From positions 72,638-136,637 of the forward strand of contig BLSG01000001.1 in NCBI GenBank assembly GCA_012862495.1: a stretch of 64,000 nucleotides of DNA. The letters are read 5' to 3'. A program made the translations under genes and the position numbers. This stretch comes from Thraustochytrium aureum. Its lineage: Eukaryota. The notes beneath the pieces are model-generated. The model saw nothing but the letters and a program-made list of their open reading frames with translations, made no database searches and was not told the DNA's origin. Shown here in pieces: positions 12,705 to 23,511 of this stretch. The stretch's first letter is position 1. Each line of letters opens with the position of its first letter.

Positions 12705-13814
12705 CCAAAAGCCTCCGACACAAACCCGGCGCTCCAGTATCGCCAAAGCCCGAGCCTCCACGCTCCCGCAGCGGCATTGACGCACGCGATTGGCCCTCGC
12801 GAGGCGCGATTGACGCACGGCACGCCAATCCAACGCATACCTACAAACACAATTTCGTTTCGTTTCGCCGCAATACGCAAATTCTTGAAATTCAACCAAA
12901 AAGCTCCCGTTCCGGCGTTCCGTTCGTTGAGGTTCCTCTCGTTCGGTCCAATTCGCAGTGCACACCCCTTCTCTACCGCGGTGCGGGAACGTTCCGTGGA
13001 TTTGGGGNNNNNNNNNNNNNNNNNNNNNNNNNNNNNNNNNNNNNNNNNNNNNNNNNNNNNNNNNNNNNNNNNNNNNNNNNNNNNNNNNNNNNNNNNNNNN
13101 NNNNNNNNNNNNNNNNNNNNNNNNNNNNNNNNNNNNNNNNNNNNNNNNNNNNNNNNNNNNNNNNNNNNNNNNNNNNNNNNNNNNNNNNNNNNNNNNNNNN
13201 NNNNNNNNNNNNNNNNNNNNNNNNNNNNNNNNNNNNNNNNNNNNNNNNNNNNNNNNNNNNNNNNNNNNNNNNNNNNNNNNNNNNNNNNNNNNNNNNNNNN
13301 NNNNNNNNNNNNNNNNNNNNNNNNNNNNNNNNNNNNNNNNNNNNNNNNNNNNNNNNNNNNNNNNNNNNNNNNNNNNNNNNNNNNNNNNNNNNNNNNNNNN
13401 NNNNNNNNNNNNNNNNNNNNNNNNNNNNNNNNNNNNNNNNNNNNNNNNNNNNNNNNNNNNNNNNNNNNNNNNNNNNNNNNNNNNNNNNNNNNNNNNNNNN
13501 NNNNNNNNNNNNNNNNNNNNNNNNNNNNNNNNNNNNNNNNNNNNNNNNNNNNNNNNNNNNNNNNNNNNNNNNNNNNNNNNNNNNNNNNNNNNNNNNNNNN
13601 NNNNNNNNNNNNNNNNNNNNNNNNNNNNNNNNNNNNNNNNNNNNNNNNNNNNNNNNNNNNNNNNNNNNNNNNNNNNNNNNNNNNNNNNNNNNNNNNNNNN
13701 NNNNNNNNNNNNNNNNNNNNNNNNNNNNNNNNNNNNNNNNNNNNNNNNNNNNNNNNNNNNNNNNNNNNNNNNNNNNNNNNNNNNNNNNNNNNNNNNNNNN
13801 NNNNNNNNNNNNNN

Positions 13815-14210
13815 NCGTCGCAAAAGCCTGGGGAGCTGGCGCCAAGCACGTCATGGTGTGCGAGCGCGGCCTGATGTTTGGCTTGGACGACCTTGTCTTC
13901 GACCCTCGCCAGATTTGCGAACTCCGAGAATCTTGCCGTGGGTTGGATGGAATGGTCGCCCCGATCATCGTCGACGCGACCCACTGCTGTCAAAAGCCGC
14001 CCAGCGCCTCCACGATGCATGCAAGCGGCGGGCGCAGGGACATGGTTCCTGTTGTGGCTCGCGCGGCCGCTGCGGTGGGCATCGACGGCATTTTCGTCGA
14101 GTGCCACCCAGACCCTCAAAATGCTCCAGTCGACGGTGCGCTACAGCTCGCTCTAGCGGACCTCGAGCCTCTGCTCCAGGATGTGTTGGAGATTTTCGCG
14201 GATTGTTGCC
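13815..14210 (+). CDS. kdsA: KDO 8-phosphate synthase (2-dehydro-3-deoxyphosphooctonate aldolase), C-terminal half; 5' end in gap, 3' end approximate
   Basis: CERGLMFG..DLVFD, DATHCCQKP, SGGRRDMVPVVARAAAAVGIDGIFVECHPDP..APVDG match KdsA motifs. Confidence 0.85.
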
Positions 14211-15543
14211 CGCCGGTTGTGACTTTCGTTTTTTTCCTTCGAGCGGTGCTGCCTCGCGTCTCCAGTGGTTTCATGATCAGTAAGTACATCATCATCTTAT
14301 GGCTCTCTTGCAATGGCCGTGGAGGAATCGCTGGCGGAGACAGAGGTGCGGGCGGGGGGGGTCGAGTCTCCAATTAGCGCCGAGGCTCGCCGATTCCCAT
14401 ACCCCGCTTCAACCCTTGAACACGGGTGCGGCGGGGTGGGGCAACGTCTTGTTGCCCGGCAAGAGTATGGCGCGGGTTTTTAGTCTGTGCCGCGCAGTTG
14501 ATCGCGGAGGCAGATAGGGACTCGCCGACAGGACCACTTGTCTGGGTGGTGGGGGGGCCGCATGTCTACCCGGGTGCTTGCAAAATCAGCCTGCGCATCC
14601 GGAGTTGTCAGCGGCAACAGTCAGGTTGGGCCAGCCCGCTGTAAAACTGTGTTTCGCGCGGCAGGATGATTACGTGCCTGCCGCGGTGGAGTCTCGGGCT
14701 GGCCAAATGCGCAACTGGGCTCTTTTCGGCACGTTCGCTGACCGGCGCAACCTCGCAGCTCGCTCGATCACGCTAGACCTCGGCGAAGCGCTCTCTAGCG
14801 AGTGCGCTGCATGTCGCCCACCCCACAAATCGGCCCTCGGCAAGTGTCAACGCTCGCCGGAGGCTGCTGTACAAACAAAACCAACTTGTAAATGCTGTTT
14901 CAATTGGTTGAAAGATGATCCACTCGTGCATGGTGCACCGCCCCATGACCGGTCGTAGACGGCTCAAACCCCACAACCTACCCTGACATCCGCAAGCGCA
15001 GCCAGCCTCGTGGCGCTCGCTCGCACCTCATCGGCCTCCATCGCCTCCTGCTCCTCCTCCGAGCTCTTCGTCGAGTACTCGAAGTAACCAACTCTTCCAG
15101 GTGGATGGACGTGTTGCTTGATGTGTTTGCTTGGGGCTGGGNNNNNNNNNNNNNNNNNNNNNNNNNNNNNNNNNNNNNNNNNNNNNNNNNNNNNNNNNNN
15201 NNNNNNNNNNNNNNNNNNNNNNNNNNNNNNNNNNNNNNNNNNNNNNNNNNNNNNNNNNNNNNNNNNNNNNNNNNNNNNNNNNNNNNNNNNNNNNNNNNNN
15301 NNNNNNNNNNNNNNNNNNNNNNNNNNNNNNNNNNNNNNNNNNNNNNNNNNNNNNNNNNNNNNNNNNNNNNNNNNNNNNNNNNNNNNNNNNNNNNNNNNNN
15401 NNNNNNNNNNNNNNNNNNNNNNNNNNNNNNNNNNNNNNNNNNNNNNNNNNNNNNNNNNNNNNNNNNNNNNNNNNNNNNNNNNNNNNNNNNNNNNNNNNNN
15501 NNNNNNNNNNNNNNNNNNNNNNNNNNNNNNNNNNNNNNNNNNN

Positions 15544-16449
15544 GGCCTGCTCATGTTGGACAACACGGCCATCCCCGTCGGCGAGGGCCGTTCAATCTGT
15601 TTTGAGCTCAAGATCAAGTGCGGGTTCGTGCCCAGCGACTGCCCCTTCGTGACGCACGACGTCAAGCGCCGCGTAGACCGGTTCACGATGCACCAGCAGC
15701 TGAAAAACTCGCAAGGCAAGCTCGACACAGTCAGCAGGTACTCGCCGCTCGACCTGTTTTCTTACGAGGAGGCCCGCGTCCGCCGAGCGCTGGAAGCGCT
15801 TATGGAGACGCCGCAGAACAACTTTCGCATGTTTGTTGACGGCGAGATGGTCTACCCAGATGCCAAGGGCCACGGAGGCCGCGACAAGTTTGCCGCTGTT
15901 CTGGCAAGGTTCCCGGGCATTCGAGGCGGCGTGGACGGTCTCCTCGATACCCTTGGCGCTGTGCTGGCGCGCGAGCCGCTCCTCAAGCGTGTCAAGGCGA
16001 TGCAAATGATGGACGACTGCGACATCGAAGGCGTCTTGCCCGCCTACGAGGCCATCGTGGCGCGAGGCGAGTCGGTGTTGCCCCTTGCTGACGGGGAGAC
16101 GATTTACCCCCGAGCGCCGCCGACAGCGACGCCGGCATCGCCTGAGGAGCAACACGAGGCCGTGCGCCGCTTTATGCTCGCCTGCACTGCCAAGGACTGC
16201 TCGACGATGATTGTGCTCAAGCCGAGCGACTCTGCGCCAGACGCCGAGGCGAAGCGGTCTCCGCTCGACCTGCCGGTGCAGACGTCTGCGCCGCGGACCG
16301 TGGTGGACGGCTTCCACGGCTACATGTACTCTATTGCAGTGGTCGACCTTGACCCCAAGCCGATCGAGAAGATGAAGCACTACCACAAGCTGGACAAGCA
16401 AGTCGCGGAGTTTTACGCAGCCAAGGAGCAGGAGGGGGCGCTCCTCTAG
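15544..16449 (+). CDS. IPK1: Inositol-pentakisphosphate 2-kinase; 5' end in gap
   Basis: ELKIKCGF, RFTMHQ, YSPLDLFS, PQNNFRMF, TAKDCS and VVDLDPKP match the conserved IPK1 boxes. Confidence 0.9.
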   Translation, partial: GLLMLDNTAIPVGEGRSICFELKIKCGFVPSDCPFVTHDVKRRVDRFTMHQQLKNSQGKLDTVSRYSPLDLFSYEEARVRRALEALMETPQNNFRMFVDGEMVYPDAKGHGGRDKFAAVLARFPGIRGGVDGLLDTLGAVLAREPLLKRVKAMQMMDDCDIEGVLPAYEAIVARGESVLPLADGETIYPRAPPTATPASPEEQHEAVRRFMLACTAKDCSTMIVLKPSDSAPDAEAKRSPLDLPVQTSAPRTVVDGFHGYMYSIAVVDLDPKPIEKMKHYHKLDKQVAEFYAAKEQEGALL

Positions 16450-16593
16450 TGTCGCTGCCTCGCGAAGGACAGATAGGGCTAAAATAGATTCTTCACTTCT
16501 CCGGAAGGGGCTTTGAGCGCCAGGACCCCTCCCCGTCCGGCCCCTCGCCAGAGGGCTAGGCTGTGCTGCGCCGCCCTGGCAGCCCTGGCGCAA

Positions 16594-18114
16594 CTACGGG
16601 TTGGAGGTTACGTACATCGGCGGGCGGTCCCTGTACTCGGCAGGCACCGAAAAGGTCTTGTGGAACTGCTTAAAGTCCAGCACAGCCTCCCCGTCCGGGC
16701 CCTCCAAGGTGCAGGGCAGGAAATCGTGGTGCCACTTGATGTCAGCAAAGCAGTACGAGTGCCGCGCCTGGATCGTGTCGCTCGTCACCGCGTCGATACC
16801 CTCGAGGAGGACGACGATTTCGACCTTGTGCGAGAGCCAATACTCGCGGAGACGGCGCTCCTCGGCCTCGTTCGCTCGCGCTCGGGCGGCAGGGGTCTCA
16901 ACCGCCCCTGCGGCTAACTCGACGAGGGGCTCTGGCGCCGACCCGCTGCCTTGCGAAGGAGGGAGCTTGAGCTCGCGGCTGCCATTTGCGACGTCGCACT
17001 CGCGCTGAACAACGTCCGGAAACTCGTAAAACGCGGAAGGGTTGTGCAAAGGCGACGACGGGCCAGCTCTGGTGTCCGCGCTAGCACCGACGCCGCCCCC
17101 GCGCGCCATGCCTGCGCCAGTGAGCGCGGCGGCTATTGCAGGATTGCGCTGCAGTTGCCTGGGTCGCAGCGGCGAGAATGAGTCTATGTTGTGCACGACC
17201 ACGTTGGGGAGGGCCATGAAGAGGTTGCCGCCCAGCTCGTCGTCCGGTTTAACGAGCCGCAAAGTGTCCGTCCGAAAGTAAAAGGGCGCCGTGGCGCTGT
17301 CCGAGCAGCGGTGCCGGCTAAGCACGTAGCAGCGAACGTGGGCCTCCACGAGCTGGTGCTTGCGCATCTCGGCTACTTGAAACATGATGCTCAGGTTGCC
17401 ATGGATGCGCCGCACAACGGCAAAGTCGGAAAAGATCACTGTCGTCGCCCTCGTCTGCGCGCGAGCGAACCGCGCGTAGACGAGGCCGACGGCCACTGCG
17501 TCGCAGATGACGCCGAGGATGGACTCGGCCGTGACTAGGATAACGACCGCGTCGCACTGCTCAAAGTAGCCGTTGTCTCCGGGGAACGCGTACCCGATCG
17601 TCATTATTGTCTCGAGCGAGAAGAGCCAGGCGCCCTTGAGCGTGCTCAGGCCGAGGCCGCACTCGTTCGAAAAGATCAGGTAGGCGAAGGCAAAAACGAG
17701 CACAGAGAGCAGGTAGCAAACGATGAATACCGTCAGGACGACGCGCAGGGACGAGTCTACGAGCGTGTGGAACATGTCGCCAAGGTACAGCGCGCGCGAG
17801 CGGTGCAAGCGCCGCGCGCGGATCCCGCCTCGCGACTGCCTGAAGGAGCCGTCGCGGTCGATGAGCCTCCAGGTAGTCTCTGCGCGCCGGTTTGCCGTCG
17901 CGCTCGGCTCGGGCCACGCCCACTCGCTCGTCGACGCCTCGTCATGTGCCGAGAAGAGCCTCGTTGCCTCCTCCGCAGCAACCTGCGGAAACGCAAACGA
18001 GCTGCGCCGCTCCACAGCAGCCGTTCCATACTCTGCCAGCAGTGGCGCAGCCCCATTCTCCGCCTCAGCGTCCCGCATCGACCCCCTGCCGCGCTTCGCC
18101 CCGCCGTCCGCCAT
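16594..18114 (-). CDS. Inward-rectifier-type K+ channel (Kir family)
   Basis: D.FHTLVD, M1 helix, AWLFSLETIMTIGYA pore, M2, FSDFAVV, FQVAEMRKHQLVEAHV, VVHNIDSFSPL and EIVVLLEGID..T..TIQARHSY. Confidence 0.92.
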   Translation of the reverse strand: MADGGAKRGRGSMRDAEAENGAAPLLAEYGTAAVERRSSFAFPQVAAEEATRLFSAHDEASTSEWAWPEPSATANRRAETTWRLIDRDGSFRQSRGGIRARRLHRSRALYLGDMFHTLVDSSLRVVLTVFIVCYLLSVLVFAFAYLIFSNECGLGLSTLKGAWLFSLETIMTIGYAFPGDNGYFEQCDAVVILVTAESILGVICDAVAVGLVYARFARAQTRATTVIFSDFAVVRRIHGNLSIMFQVAEMRKHQLVEAHVRCYVLSRHRCSDSATAPFYFRTDTLRLVKPDDELGGNLFMALPNVVVHNIDSFSPLRPRQLQRNPAIAAALTGAGMARGGGVGASADTRAGPSSPLHNPSAFYEFPDVVQRECDVANGSRELKLPPSQGSGSAPEPLVELAAGAVETPAARARANEAEERRLREYWLSHKVEIVVLLEGIDAVTSDTIQARHSYCFADIKWHHDFLPCTLEGPDGEAVLDFKQFHKTFSVPAEYRDRPPMYVTSNP

Positions 18115-18704
18115 CCTCCTCCGCGACCAGGGCCTCCAGAGCACGCAAACCGCGCACGGTTGGGGTCGCTCGCCAAGCCAGACAGGCTGAGATGCAGACC
18201 GAGCCAGCGNNNNNNNNNNNNNNNNNNNNNNNNNNNNNNNNNNNNNNNNNNNNNNNNNNNNNNNNNNNNNNNNNNNNNNNNNNNNNNNNNNNNNNNNNNN
18301 NNNNNNNNNNNNNNNNNNNNNNNNNNNNNNNNNNNNNNNNNNNNNNNNNNNNNNNNNNNNNNNNNNNNNNNNNNNNNNNNNNNNNNNNNNNNNNNNNNNN
18401 NNNNNNNNNNNNNNNNNNNNNNNNNNNNGACCGAGCGAGAGAGAGACAGCGAATGGGTGGACGAATGGCAGCCAAGCAGACTGCCGGCCTGGGCGCCAGG
18501 CCGATCGACTCCTGCTGCGCAGCGCGGCTGCTCGATTCGACCGGTCCTGGTCTGGCTGCTCGCTGCCTGCCTGACGCCCTTGGTGATATTTTCTTTCAGG
18601 GCTGCTGCCTGTTGGTGATGGAGAGATGCGGGGGTAGGCCACTCAACCGAGTGGTGAATAGTGGGACTCTGCGGGTTCGACCCCGTGCCTGGCAACTTTT
18701 GCCT

Positions 18705-18795
18705 TCCCGCGTAGCTCAGTGGTAGAGCGTTAGACTTTTAAGTGCAATGGCACTCTGGAATCTAATGGTCAGGGGTTCGATCCCCCTCGTGGGAA
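18705..18795 (+). tRNA. tRNA-Lys(TTT) with 19-nt intron (18741-18759)
   Basis: Acceptor TCCCGCG/CGTGGGA, D arm GCTC/GAGC, anticodon stem TTAGA/TCTAA with CT-TTT-A and intron at the canonical 37/38 position, T arm AGGGG-TTCGATC-CCCCT, and a T5 Pol III terminator at 18800. Confidence 0.92.
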
Positions 18796-19170
18796 CCACT
18801 TTTTGCTGCCGTTTTTTTTGACGGCTGATGTCGAGGCAGCGGATGATCGATCTATCTCATGACAACGGCTGACGGCTGATGGCATTCGGTTTGCAGTGGC
18901 AGCCTTCTGCTTGCGTTTCGCTTGCTGGACGGGCGCGATGTTTCGCGTGCCTACTTGCAACTTGTACACGTTTCGCTTGCTGGAACGTAGGTAAACGTTT
19001 GCTTGTGCTGGCCGGGCACGATGTTCCCTCGCTTTTGCGTTCTCGCGTTCGCGTCGAGCCAAGATTGGAATGTTGGAATCGACAAGATGCCGAGTAAGTA
19101 CTCGTTACTCACCTAACTAAGGAACTAGCGCTACTAGAGTACGATGCCACGACCGATGGCGGCGCAGAAA

Positions 19171-22100
19171 CTACTTTTGCGCGTTGAAGAGCTTGGTGTA
19201 GACGCCGTCAGCAGCCATGAGCGACGAATGCGTACCCTTCTCAACAAGCACACCATGATCAAAGACGCAGATGAGGTCCGCAGAACAAATCGTCGACAGG
19301 CGGTGCGCGATCACGAGCTTCGTGGCCGTGCCGGCACCGTCCCGCAAGACGTCGTCCAGGGCCTGCTGCACGACCTTTTCGCTGTGGTTGTCAAGCGCGC
19401 TGGTCGCCTCGTCAAGAAGCAGAACGTCCCGCTTCGTGTCCACAAGCGCCCTTGCAATGCAGACGCGTTGCTTCTGGCCGCCGCTGAGCGAGCTCGAGTT
19501 GACGTTGGTCTCGTAGCCGTCCGGGAAGCTGCTTATAAAGTCGTGCGCGTTCGCGGCCTTGGCGGCCGCGACAATCTGCTCCTGGGTCACCACAACGTCA
19601 TCCGGGAGCCCGAAGGCGATGTTCTCCGAGATCGTCCCAGCAAACAGCGACGGCTCTTGAGAGACGATGCCAACGCGAGCCCGCAAGGCTGAGACCTTGG
19701 CCTCGCGGATGTCGTGGCCGAAGAGGCGCACCGTGCCCGAGAGCGGGTCGTAAAAGCGCAGCAGGAGCTGCACGATCGAGCTCTTTCCTGACCCACTGGC
19801 CCCGACAAAAGCCGTGGTCGCGCCTTTGGGGAGCTCGAGCGTGAGGTTTTTGAGCACGCAGGCGTCGGGCCTGCTCGGGTAGGCAAACATGACATTCTCA
19901 AGGCGGATCGCACCGTCACTGTCGTCGGCGGGGTCGAGAGAACCGCCCTTCTCGGAAGCAGGATCAATGGCAGACGGGCGGTCCAAGAGAGCGAAAACGT
20001 TGGCCGCGGCGTTCCGCCACTTGCCGACGTCCGGCGAAAGAGCGACCGCGTTGCCAAGCCCAAAGCCCATGAAGGCGATGGAGAAGAGAACCGTGAGTAG
20101 GACTTGCAACGTGTAGTGCTCCGGCTGCGCCACCATGAGGAGCGAACCAACGTAAAAGGACAGCGCATACATGCCAAAGATGACGCCCTGGCTCGCCGCG
20201 TACCCAGCGCCGGAAACGAGGCCCTTACGGAGCCCAGCCTTGAGCGGGCCCTCCAAGAGGTGGGCGTACAAGTCCACGATGCGGCCTTGCATGTTGAAAG
20301 CTGACACCGTTCGAATCCCTGCCACCGTCTCCGAGAGCACATTGTTCGCCTGGGCAAGCGCCTCGTCGTCTGCCTTCGCGAGCCCGCCAGAAGCCAGCGT
20401 GGTGACCATTCCAGCCAGAAAAATGAGCGGCAGCGCAGCCAGCATGACAAGCGCGAGCTCCCACCCGAAAGCGAACGCGATGGTGAGTCCTGCCACAGTG
20501 GTGGCCACGCTCCGCGCCACGAGACCAATCTTGCCGATGCCGGCCTGAACCAACGACGCATCGCTGGCCAGCTTCCCTGTCAAGCTTCCAACCGAGTTTG
20601 CGCGGTCGTCATAAAACCCGATTTCTTGCCTGATCAGCGCGCCAAACAGGGCGCGGCGCAGACGCCAAGTCATGTGCTCCCCGATGTATCCGAAAAAGTA
20701 AATGTCCATAAACGTCACGATGCACACGCCCACAGCAAACCCGATGATGTAAAAGCAGGCCAGTCGGATCTCCTCGTTCATGGCAGTCTGAGTCGGCAAG
20801 TAGAACACCGTTGAGATACCCGCGAACAAGATGGCGAAAATTGGCATCGTCGCGCCATTCAGCGTTGCCCCGATCACGGCACACACGTGCCAGCCCCATC
20901 CCTCCTCGCTAAATTCATAAACGCGGCGCATCGACACCTTCGCCTTGGCTTCGGCCAGCTCAGCCTTGGCTTTCGCCTCGGCACGAGCTTCTTCGTCTGC
21001 TGCGTCCACCGACTCAGTGGGGTCTTGCTCTGTGTCGGCGCCCTTACGGGAGCAGCACGCCAGGCAGGCGGCAGCGGGATTGGCCTCCGTTTGGTCCTCT
21101 TCAACCTGGGTCTCTTGCACGGCGAGCGCGCTGCTCATTCCGGGGCGCAGCAAGTCTCTTCGAGACTCGGAAAGGGGATCTGCGCTGAATCGGGAGAGCC
21201 CAGAAGCCAGCCGCGAGAGCGAGCCCAATCTCGCGCTCAGGTTTGGGTTGCTCTCGATGAGCTCTTCAAGGCGCGGCTCGGGCTTTGGGGTGCTGCTCTC
21301 TTCACCGACCAGTTGACCCTCAGAGTCGTCAGGCGTTTCTTGGGACCGCTCCGCCGCTTGCACGAGGGCAGCATAGTGGCCATCCTCGATAGTGGCCAGC
21401 TCTTCGTGGCTGCCTTGCTCAAGTACCACGCCGCCTGTGCCGAGCACAACGATTTTATCGGCCGTGCGAACGGTGCTGAGTCGGTGCGCAACGATCAATT
21501 TGGTCTGTCGGGCCGAAGCAAGCAATCCGTCCAGCGCAGCCTGGACCTGACGTTCGCTTGTGTTGTCGAGGGCGCTCGTGGCTTCGTCCAGGATCAGGAT
21601 CGCGCGCTGCTTGACGAGCGCTCGCGCGATGCTCACTCGCTGCTTTTGGCCCCCGCTCAGTTGCGGAGAGCCGAGCCCGCCGACAAGCGTGTCAAACCCG
21701 TCCGGGAGCTCGGTGATGAAATCATACGCGTTGGCGAGCTTGGCTGCCTGCACTATCTCCTCGTCGGTGACGTCCGCACTGCCAGCTCCATAAGCTATGT
21801 TGTCGCGGATACTGGCGCCGAACAGCACGGGGTCTTGGCCAACGTACCCGATCATTCCGCGCCAGCTAGCGAGCTGCAGCTCGTGAAGGTTTGCGCCGTC
21901 GACCGTGATGGTGCCCGCCTCGGGGTCGTAGTATCGGAGCAGCAGCTGCACAATCGAGCTCTTCCCACAGCCGCTGGCCCCCACCAGTGCAGTGCTCTTG
22001 CCACCTTCCAAGACGAGGTCGAGCCCGGAAAACACCTTTTGGTCGGGCCGAGTCGGGTACCTGAACACAACGCCGCTGAAGCGCACCTCGCCTTGGGTGC

Positions 22101-23511
22101 TCTCGGTAGAAACAACTTGGCCCTCGCTCCCGGTCGAGTCGATAGCAGGCAGTCGGTCGACCACCGCCAAGATCTGGCCCATCGAAACGCGCGCGTTCGC
22201 AAATGCGATCCGGTAAGGGGCGCCTTGGCCAATCGCAAAGGCAGACATCACGATCGCGAAAAAGACGGTGATGATCTCCCCCCCAGAAACGCACGAGGCA
22301 CCTTCCGCGAAGCAGCCGCACTGGCAAGCAGAGCATGCGCACACGTCCGCGTCCGAGATGAACGTAAACTCCTGGAGGTTGAGGTTTATGCACCCGAGCG
22401 AGATCGAATCGTCGACGGTTATCACTTCGCCGTTGACCTGACACATCGCGTTTGTTGTCGAGCTAGGTGGGTGCGCTTGGGCAGCTGCGCTCGCAGAGTC
22501 GAGAACAAGTGTACTACCGTACCAGAACGCCAGAGCGTAGGTTAAAAAGTAGATCAGGAACGAGACCCCCATGCCCAGGCCTTGCGTCCGGGACTTTGCG
22601 ATACCATGGTCACGCGCTTGCAAAAGCCGTGACCCATACCGGTCAGTCATGCGCGCTTCGAGGCGGAGTGCTGCGACGGTGCGAATCTTGGACAGCGTTT
22701 CTTCCGCCACTGCTCCAGCATCCGCATACGCCCCGAGCCCGCCAGAGGTGGCATCGGTTTCGTACGAAGACGAAATGTACGCGGAGATCGCGAGCAGCGG
22801 CATCACAGCGAGCACAACTAGAGTCATCTTCCAGTTGAGAACGAAACCAACGATGATGCCTCCGATTGCGGTGCTGCTGTAGTAAACAAGAAGGCCAAGC
22901 TTCTCTCCGAGGCCATCGCGGATGACGGCCGTATTCTCGGAGATGCTGGAGGTCAGTTTGCCGCCCGCGCTTGAGTCGAACCACGCAACGTCTTGGCGCA
23001 GGACAGACGCGAGGTAGGCGCGCCGCAGGCGCATGACCTGGTTCTCGCTCGCGGCGGTCAGCAAGGTGACTTGGAAGAACGAGACGAAGGCCAGGGCAAG
23101 AGCCACGATGGCAAAAAGCTTGCCGTACAGAGCGCCCGCCGCGGCCACGCTAGCGGGGTCGCTTAGATCGTTGTACACGTCGCCGAGGATCAACGAGAAC
23201 GCTGGTGCGGAGAATCCGCCACAAACTGCAGCAAAAGCTCCGACGGAAATCAACGCACAGTCCTTTCGCTCCGCAAACCTAAACATCTGCCGCATGGTCG
23301 CGGGTGGCGCAAGACTGCCGCCTTCCTCGTCCCCGGGTTCGCCGGACGCAGGCGTCGTGGATTCGCCCGACGCGGCCTCGACCATGTTCGAGCCAGCTGC
23401 CCCGTCAACCTTGACGACGACATCGTCTTCGACCGAGGCGGGCTGCGTGCTGACATCAGACGCATCCGAGGTGACAATGCTCTGCCGTGCTTGTTTTTCG
23501 GGCGCGTCCAT
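19171..23511 (-). CDS. Full-length ABCB1/MDR P-glycoprotein-type ABC exporter (TMD-NBD-TMD-NBD)
   Basis: Intact 1446-aa ORF with two Walker A motifs (GASGCGKS, GASGSGKS), two LSGGQKQR signatures, two LDEATSALD motifs and two AHRLST motifs. Confidence 0.97.
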   Translation of the reverse strand: MDAPEKQARQSIVTSDASDVSTQPASVEDDVVVKVDGAAGSNMVEAASGESTTPASGEPGDEEGGSLAPPATMRQMFRFAERKDCALISVGAFAAVCGGFSAPAFSLILGDVYNDLSDPASVAAAGALYGKLFAIVALALAFVSFFQVTLLTAASENQVMRLRRAYLASVLRQDVAWFDSSAGGKLTSSISENTAVIRDGLGEKLGLLVYYSSTAIGGIIVGFVLNWKMTLVVLAVMPLLAISAYISSSYETDATSGGLGAYADAGAVAEETLSKIRTVAALRLEARMTDRYGSRLLQARDHGIAKSRTQGLGMGVSFLIYFLTYALAFWYGSTLVLDSASAAAQAHPPSSTTNAMCQVNGEVITVDDSISLGCINLNLQEFTFISDADVCACSACQCGCFAEGASCVSGGEIITVFFAIVMSAFAIGQGAPYRIAFANARVSMGQILAVVDRLPAIDSTGSEGQVVSTESTQGEVRFSGVVFRYPTRPDQKVFSGLDLVLEGGKSTALVGASGCGKSSIVQLLLRYYDPEAGTITVDGANLHELQLASWRGMIGYVGQDPVLFGASIRDNIAYGAGSADVTDEEIVQAAKLANAYDFITELPDGFDTLVGGLGSPQLSGGQKQRVSIARALVKQRAILILDEATSALDNTSERQVQAALDGLLASARQTKLIVAHRLSTVRTADKIVVLGTGGVVLEQGSHEELATIEDGHYAALVQAAERSQETPDDSEGQLVGEESSTPKPEPRLEELIESNPNLSARLGSLSRLASGLSRFSADPLSESRRDLLRPGMSSALAVQETQVEEDQTEANPAAACLACCSRKGADTEQDPTESVDAADEEARAEAKAKAELAEAKAKVSMRRVYEFSEEGWGWHVCAVIGATLNGATMPIFAILFAGISTVFYLPTQTAMNEEIRLACFYIIGFAVGVCIVTFMDIYFFGYIGEHMTWRLRRALFGALIRQEIGFYDDRANSVGSLTGKLASDASLVQAGIGKIGLVARSVATTVAGLTIAFAFGWELALVMLAALPLIFLAGMVTTLASGGLAKADDEALAQANNVLSETVAGIRTVSAFNMQGRIVDLYAHLLEGPLKAGLRKGLVSGAGYAASQGVIFGMYALSFYVGSLLMVAQPEHYTLQVLLTVLFSIAFMGFGLGNAVALSPDVGKWRNAAANVFALLDRPSAIDPASEKGGSLDPADDSDGAIRLENVMFAYPSRPDACVLKNLTLELPKGATTAFVGASGSGKSSIVQLLLRFYDPLSGTVRLFGHDIREAKVSALRARVGIVSQEPSLFAGTISENIAFGLPDDVVVTQEQIVAAAKAANAHDFISSFPDGYETNVNSSSLSGGQKQRVCIARALVDTKRDVLLLDEATSALDNHSEKVVQQALDDVLRDGAGTATKLVIAHRLSTICSADLICVFDHGVLVEKGTHSSLMAADGVYTKLFNAQK

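Noticed and set aside
14300..15141. Extra gene or IPK1 N-terminal exons
   Set aside because: No convincing motifs, and the missing IPK1 N-terminus could fit in the adjacent gap.
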